A model generated the notes under the pieces. That model made no database searches. It saw nothing but the letters and a program-made list of their open reading frames with translations, and was not told where the DNA came from. From a virus (Duplodnaviria; Caudoviricetes), in the IMG/VR virus record IMGVR_UViG_3300005077_000586, positions 1 through 31,803 of that record: a stretch of DNA of 31,803 bases; one strand, given 5' to 3'. Positions 26,531 to 31,803 of the stretch are shown in pieces (position 1 is the stretch's first letter; each line of letters starts with the position of its first letter). Position numbers and translations under genes: made by a program.

Positions 26531-27058
26531 ATGAAAAAGGTATTGCATGTAGGCTGCGGACAATCTACGTTGCCATCTGATTTATACAATCCTTCTGAAT
26601 GGCACGAAACTAGAGCCGATTTTGATAGCGATGTACATCCAGATGTCCTATGTGATATCATGAATTTGCCATTTCAAGATGAAACATATGATTCCATTTT
26701 TGGTTCTCATATATTAGAACATTTCGATAAATATCAACGAAATATGTTTATGAAATCCTGTATTCGCACTCTAAAGGTTGGTGGTAGTATAGTAATGTTA
26801 CTACCAAATATATGTGCACCACAGGTATTAAATGCGATGCGTTCAGGCAATCTAGATGCACAGATATATGTATCACCGGCTTGTCCAGTTGCCGCTTACG
26901 ACATGATATTCGGTGGATATTATAATCATCCAGGATATATGCACAAGTGGGGTTATTCTAATGTTACATTGCATAAGTTTATGAGTTTATATCTTACACA
27001 AGTAAAAGTTCATATTATCAATGATTTTGAACTATTGTCAATGGGAATAAAACCATGA
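26531..27058 (+). CDS. Class I SAM methyltransferase (Methyltransf_11-like)
   Basis: LHVGCG, LPFQDETYD, SHILEH, RTLKVGG...LP. Confidence 0.8.
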   Translation: MKKVLHVGCGQSTLPSDLYNPSEWHETRADFDSDVHPDVLCDIMNLPFQDETYDSIFGSHILEHFDKYQRNMFMKSCIRTLKVGGSIVMLLPNICAPQVLNAMRSGNLDAQIYVSPACPVAAYDMIFGGYYNHPGYMHKWGYSNVTLHKFMSLYLTQVKVHIINDFELLSMGIKP

Positions 27059-27768
27059 GAGTCGCATTGTGTTTATCTGGACAACCACGAGTAATAGCAC
27101 CTGGCTTCAAAAGCATTAAGGAATCAATAATAGAGCCAATTCTTCATCGTGCTGGTACTTTAAAGCAGTGGGATACTGATGTATTTGTTCATACATGGAC
27201 TGATTGGAAATATGTAAATAGACATGGAGGACAACTTGATGGAATATCTAACATTGGTGAAATAAGTAATTTATATTCGCCAAAAAGTTTATTAGTTGAA
27301 AGTCAGATGTATGAATATGACAATTTTGAATGGACTAAACATCCATGCAATGGTGTGCCACGTTATTTCAACGCTATTGCTATGTTCTATAGTATTATGA
27401 AATGTAATGAATTACGTAAACAATATGAACAATACATGAATGTAAAATATGATGTTATTATTCGTAGTCGATTTGACGTTGAAATTATAGATACGCAAAA
27501 TTTTATAATGGGTGTTTTGCCACCTGAGAAATATAATAATAATATCATTTATGGCTGGCAACAATGTGAAGAGTTCTTCAATGACCAGATTTTTTGGGGT
27601 AATCCGACAGCCATGAATAGTATTTGTGATACATATAAACATCTTGAGTCTATTACTGAGCCACGGCTATGGCGAACTGGCGAGTTTCTAATGATGGAAG
27701 TTGCTAAAATGCATAATATTCAACTGAGTAATTGTGGCGGAATACGATGGAGACTACTGCGACCATGA
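27055..27768 (+). CDS. Putative glycosyltransferase (VALCLSGQPR family)
   Basis: ALCLSGQPR, DVFVHTW, MFYSI, YDVIIRSRFD, NDQIFWG, E. Confidence 0.7.
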   Translation: MRVALCLSGQPRVIAPGFKSIKESIIEPILHRAGTLKQWDTDVFVHTWTDWKYVNRHGGQLDGISNIGEISNLYSPKSLLVESQMYEYDNFEWTKHPCNGVPRYFNAIAMFYSIMKCNELRKQYEQYMNVKYDVIIRSRFDVEIIDTQNFIMGVLPPEKYNNNIIYGWQQCEEFFNDQIFWGNPTAMNSICDTYKHLESITEPRLWRTGEFLMMEVAKMHNIQLSNCGGIRWRLLRP

Positions 27769-28133
27769 GTTCCAATAATACTGTATCTTGCAAATTAATT
27801 TTATCTAATAATGAAACTATATACGAAGATGTGAATAATGTTGGCTGGTGGCGACACACGTTACAGTATATAAAGTCAAATAAACTAAAAGTAAAGGCAT
27901 TCTTTGTAGATGGACAGCAGTGGGATGGTACAGCAGATGGATTTTTTATGTTATTTTCAATGTCGGCAAACTCTGGAGGTCAATCATCTTCAGCCAAAGG
28001 ATATGGATGGTACAAGAGAAGTATCAATAAAGCTAGAATAGTATGGTATGGAGACAATGGAGAAAAAATGGCAGAAGTAAGGCGACCAGCCGATGCATTT
28101 ATAAATGATATTATAGCAGAAAGGCTTACATAA
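27765..28133 (+). CDS. Hypothetical protein
   Basis: ATGA overlap with the previous gene. Confidence 0.55.
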   Translation: MSSNNTVSCKLILSNNETIYEDVNNVGWWRHTLQYIKSNKLKVKAFFVDGQQWDGTADGFFMLFSMSANSGGQSSSAKGYGWYKRSINKARIVWYGDNGEKMAEVRRPADAFINDIIAERLT

Positions 28134-28684
28134 TGCAATGTCCACATCATCCAAAGTATATGGGTTCACTTCCGCCAAAAGGTAAACACAACAAAGATTG
28201 CGAAGCGTGCTGGGCTCTATACAAGGAAGTTAGTAAAACAGTTAGAGGCTACAAATCACTAACTACTCCTGATTTTCATTGTGACTTAGCACATATATTA
28301 GCAGAAGTTGGTACTATTATGCTATTTGGGCAACAGCCTGCTTTCTTTTGGAGACTTAATGTAGAAGCTCCTGCTAATGTAAAGAAGTATTTTGGACAAC
28401 AATATAGATTTATTAAACGCAAGATTACCAATGAACCAGAATATTTTAGCAACATAAAAGAACTATTGGGCATTATATATTTGGCAGAAGCAAAAAAAAT
28501 ATCCGCAAAACAAGTTCGAAGTGGTTCTGTTTTAGACGATGCACAACCTAAAGACACCATTGAAGTTACACAAGATATAGAAAATGTCATAGAAAGATTG
28601 CCAATTCCACTCAGCGGTGGTCGTAAGATGTCTAAATGGGAATCATGGAAAAGAATAGGAGACACAAGCAGTGGCCAAGAATAA
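28133..28684 (+). CDS. Hypothetical protein with N-terminal Cys/His motif
   Basis: CPHHPKY...CEAC; YKSLTT. Confidence 0.6.
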   Translation: MQCPHHPKYMGSLPPKGKHNKDCEACWALYKEVSKTVRGYKSLTTPDFHCDLAHILAEVGTIMLFGQQPAFFWRLNVEAPANVKKYFGQQYRFIKRKITNEPEYFSNIKELLGIIYLAEAKKISAKQVRSGSVLDDAQPKDTIEVTQDIENVIERLPIPLSGGRKMSKWESWKRIGDTSSGQE

Positions 28685-29690
28685 AAAGACCGATGAGTCA
28701 GATGTAGCAAAAGAAGCCGTAGACCTGTTTGGAATCATCAAAGATATAGGATGTAACGTATCTAATGATATTAGTACGGAAGAAAATGGTATCAAACTAA
28801 GCACTGGACTGTTTTCTCTAGATCTCATTCTAAGCGAAGAAGGTGGATTTACATCTGGCGTATCTGAGATATACGGCCCTCCCGGAGTGGGAAAATCCCA
28901 CGTTTCTTTGAGTGTTCTTGAACAGGCACAATTGTCTGGTATTGGTAGCTTTTACATCAACATGGAACGTGGAATAAATAAGAGCACTACTAAGTGCTTC
29001 CCGGGTATTGATACATCCAAAGTATTATGGATTGAGCCAGATGATGGGCAGTGTGCACTAAATGCAATGGAACATATACTTAGAAATACCACTAAGTCAC
29101 TTATTATTCTTGATTCTATTCCGGCTTGCCTAACGCCAGCACAAATAGATGCTAAGTCAGGCGATAGTTTTATGGCAGTAATAGCTCGAAGTATGTCCGC
29201 CTTTATGCCAAAGGCTAAGATTTTGGCAAAGAAAAATAACTCACACGTCTTGCTAATCAATCAATGTCGAGATAATCTAAAGTCTCCACAGGGAGGAAAG
29301 CTAACTCCTGGTGGCTGGGCTATAAAATATAACTGTGACTGGCGTATAGAGTTAATGTTAATGTATGGCGTTGGTGGCAGCAAGGCATACATCGAAAAGG
29401 ATGGGAATACTATCGGACAAAGAATCAAGGCAGAGGTTGCTAAGAGTAGGTATGGGCGACCATTTCAGACTGCTATTTTTCCATTAATATATGGTGCCGG
29501 ATTTGACAAAGAACTTGAAGTAGTAGAACTAGGACTACAGTTTGGACTCATCAAGAGAAGTGGTGCATGGTATACTGTCATGGATGGCGAAGATAAACAT
29601 CAGGGAGAGGCTGGAGTAGCTAACTTTTTACGAGCCAATAAGCCTATATTCGAAGCACTTAAAGAAGAAATTAGGAAGCTATTTAAATGA
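28671..29690 (+). CDS. recA: RecA/UvsX-like recombinase
   Basis: STG..SLD, EIYGPPGVGKS, IILDSI, INQ.R, TPGG.A.KY, LIKRSGAWY. Confidence 0.92.
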   Translation: MAKNKKTDESDVAKEAVDLFGIIKDIGCNVSNDISTEENGIKLSTGLFSLDLILSEEGGFTSGVSEIYGPPGVGKSHVSLSVLEQAQLSGIGSFYINMERGINKSTTKCFPGIDTSKVLWIEPDDGQCALNAMEHILRNTTKSLIILDSIPACLTPAQIDAKSGDSFMAVIARSMSAFMPKAKILAKKNNSHVLLINQCRDNLKSPQGGKLTPGGWAIKYNCDWRIELMLMYGVGGSKAYIEKDGNTIGQRIKAEVAKSRYGRPFQTAIFPLIYGAGFDKELEVVELGLQFGLIKRSGAWYTVMDGEDKHQGEAGVANFLRANKPIFEALKEEIRKLFK

Positions 29691-30088
29691 AGTTTATAGG
29701 TCCGGATGGCCGTATTTATGGCAAAAATATACAAGAATATAAATGGTCTGGCGAAAGTCGCTCTGAAGGGCAGCGGCAGCTTGGCGAGATATTAACATCT
29801 ATATTGCCATATAGTATATATAGTGAAGTGCCATGTTTTGGCGCTGGGCTATATATGGACTTTTATATCCCTCAAATAAGCATGTGCATCGAGTTTGATG
29901 GCAAGCAACACGAAGAATATGTTAGTTTTTTTCATGGCAGTCGTGCCGGATATTCTAAATCTGTAAGGAACGATGTTGCCAAGCAGTTGTGGTGCGAATC
30001 TAATAATATAAAACTAATACGGGTAAATGATAAAGACCTAACCACAGATACAATAAAGAGTAAAATACATGATGCAACTTCTTCATGA
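29687..30088 (+). CDS. Vsr/DUF559-like PD-(D/E)xK endonuclease
   Basis: MDFYIP...IEFDGKQH, ND..K..WC..NNIKLIRV. Confidence 0.75.
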   Translation: MKFIGPDGRIYGKNIQEYKWSGESRSEGQRQLGEILTSILPYSIYSEVPCFGAGLYMDFYIPQISMCIEFDGKQHEEYVSFFHGSRAGYSKSVRNDVAKQLWCESNNIKLIRVNDKDLTTDTIKSKIHDATSS

Positions 30089-30551
30089 AGACAATATTAA
30101 TAAATGGCAATCACACTGTGGATTGTCAGACGTGATACCAAACTTTCTTACAACAGAATATGCTTCTGCTTTTGCCACCTTAGATCTAAACACAATGGAA
30201 ATAGGTGCAATCGAAGAGTTTCTAATGAAACTTTCATCTTATAATATATTTCTAAAGGCAGAGAAGGGTAGGGTAACGGCCCGTTATAAGTATATAAATG
30301 AAAGACTAAAGAGATTATTGTATATTGAAACTCAGCGTTTGGCCACTGTAAATAAATACATGACCAAAGAAGAAAAAGAGGCCAGTGCCATAACGCAGAA
30401 TTCAGATATTTGTGCATTAAAAGAAGAAGTAATGGAACTTGAATATAAGTTAGATCTAATAAAAGACATTCCATATGCTATTGATGGAAAAATAGATACA
30501 ATCAAAACCATATATAATCGTCGCATCAAAGAGGGGAAAGTAGAAGTATGA
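30069..30551 (+). CDS. Coiled-coil protein, possible UvsY-like recombination mediator
   Basis: Helical, and located between recA and the helicase; assignment by context. Confidence 0.5.
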   Translation: MMQLLHEDNINKWQSHCGLSDVIPNFLTTEYASAFATLDLNTMEIGAIEEFLMKLSSYNIFLKAEKGRVTARYKYINERLKRLLYIETQRLATVNKYMTKEEKEASAITQNSDICALKEEVMELEYKLDLIKDIPYAIDGKIDTIKTIYNRRIKEGKVEV

Positions 30552-31803
30552 CACATAAAAATATAAATATCGGTGCTGAGCGTCAACTGTTGGCCGCATT
30601 AGCTGCCAATCCCAATATGATATTTGACATCGATGGTATAAGTATAAGTGCTACCGACTTTTCCAATGGACTAACGCAGGCTATTTATGAGGCCATTAGA
30701 GATATCGCACAAGAACTAAAAACTGGTGGCACATCTGATATTGATGCTATTGTGCTGGAAGAAAAAATAGCGTCCAAGTGCCCGAATACTTATAATGCCC
30801 AAAAGGCAGAGTTTGCATCTTCTATTCAGTCTATTAAAAATTCTCCAACTACAACTGACATAAATGATTATATAAGAATCATAGTGTCTGAATCTGTCAA
30901 GCGTAAGTCTAAGGAGGTATTAGGAGATATTATTTCTGGTATTGATAAAATCGACACTCCGCAGAAAATAGTAGGACACATCGAGGAGGGTATTTTCAAG
31001 TTCACAAGTGGATTAGTAACTAGTTCAGATATTGAAAATATTGCACTTGGATATGACGAACGACTTGCAGCACTTGCTCTTGAGATAAAAGATAAAGGCA
31101 AGGCAGAAATAGGGCTTCCAACTGGACTTCCTACATTCGATGCGGCGATAGGCGGAGGACTTAGACGAGGAACCGTCAATACTATAGCGGCCCGGGCCGG
31201 ATTTGGCAAGTCGATGCTTTCGGCCTTTTTTGCATCTAATCTAGGAATAGAATCAAGAGTTCCAGTATTATATCTTGATACAGAATTAAACAAGAAAATG
31301 CAAATGGATAGATTCGTAGCCATCAATAGTGGCGTATCTATTCATAATGTAGAAACTGGTAAGTTCATGTCTAACCTTGAAGCATTTGAAAAAGTGCAAG
31401 CAACACAAAAGAAACTACTTGATGCACCTATTGATTATATATCTATCAAAGGTTGGTCTATTCAAGAACAAATCAGTCTTATTCGTCGCTGGTTCAATAA
31501 GAAAGTTGGCCGTCTTGCCGACGGAACATTTAGGCATGCAGTAGTGATACTTGACTACCTTAAACTAATGAATGACTCCGACAAAGGTGATAGCAAGGAA
31601 TGGGAGGCACTTGGTTATAGAATGACAGTATTACACAATCTTATGTCGCAATATGAAGCAACAATGATTATGTTAGCACAACAGAATAGGTCTGGACTTG
31701 AAAAAGACGACGAGTCTACGATTAGTGGCTCTGATAGAATTATTTGGCTGTGCGACAATTTCTCGGTGCTGTTCAAGATGCCCACAACTAATGATCCTGC
31801 ACA
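30548..31803 (+). CDS. dnaB: DnaB-like replicative helicase (3'-truncated; missing from ORF track)
   Basis: MTHKNINIGAERQLLA..., GLPTGLPTFDAAIGGGLRRG, IAARAGFGKS, YLDTE, LDYLKLM, AQQNR, SGSDRI. Confidence 0.92.
   Translation, partial: MTHKNINIGAERQLLAALAANPNMIFDIDGISISATDFSNGLTQAIYEAIRDIAQELKTGGTSDIDAIVLEEKIASKCPNTYNAQKAEFASSIQSIKNSPTTTDINDYIRIIVSESVKRKSKEVLGDIISGIDKIDTPQKIVGHIEEGIFKFTSGLVTSSDIENIALGYDERLAALALEIKDKGKAEIGLPTGLPTFDAAIGGGLRRGTVNTIAARAGFGKSMLSAFFASNLGIESRVPVLYLDTELNKKMQMDRFVAINSGVSIHNVETGKFMSNLEAFEKVQATQKKLLDAPIDYISIKGWSIQEQISLIRRWFNKKVGRLADGTFRHAVVILDYLKLMNDSDKGDSKEWEALGYRMTVLHNLMSQYEATMIMLAQQNRSGLEKDDESTISGSDRIIWLCDNFSVLFKMPTTNDPA

Noticed and set aside
776-31326. Minus-strand ORFs in the track (e.g. 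23636-24121, 28276-28710, 30868-31326)
   Set aside because: Antisense shadows of well-supported + strand genes, with no recognisable motifs.

Overview
AT-rich, densely packed segment of a large (jumbo-type) dsDNA bacteriophage. All credible genes are on the + strand, and many overlap at ATGA/TAATG junctions. Lipoprotein, Tat-like and beta-barrel signals suggest a diderm host. The window contains: (i) a non-autonomous IS200/IS605-type OMEGA element encoding IsrB plus an omega-RNA; (ii) about 14 scattered glycan or nucleotide-sugar genes (GT2s, a CgeB-like GT with an in-frame TGA, a GT9-like enzyme, split HldE kinase and nucleotidyltransferase, a KdsC-like HAD phosphatase, SAM methyltransferases); (iii) a T4 Rnl1-like RNA ligase, a sigma factor, a trypsin-like protease, signal peptidase I, an LL-H-like holin and a beta-barrel-like protein; (iv) dCMP deaminase, a DUF6899-like protein, an HNH endonuclease and an NDT-like protein; (v) a RecA / endonuclease / UvsY-like / DnaB module. 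Unexplained non-coding structure includes a promoter motif repeated three times (AAATAAACAA-N8-AAATAATATA), a heavily structured ~550-nt intergenic region, a 4 x 20-bp tandem array, and a small gene enclosed by a 14-bp long-range inverted repeat followed by a T-tract. All family calls are by motif recognition; no database searches were run.
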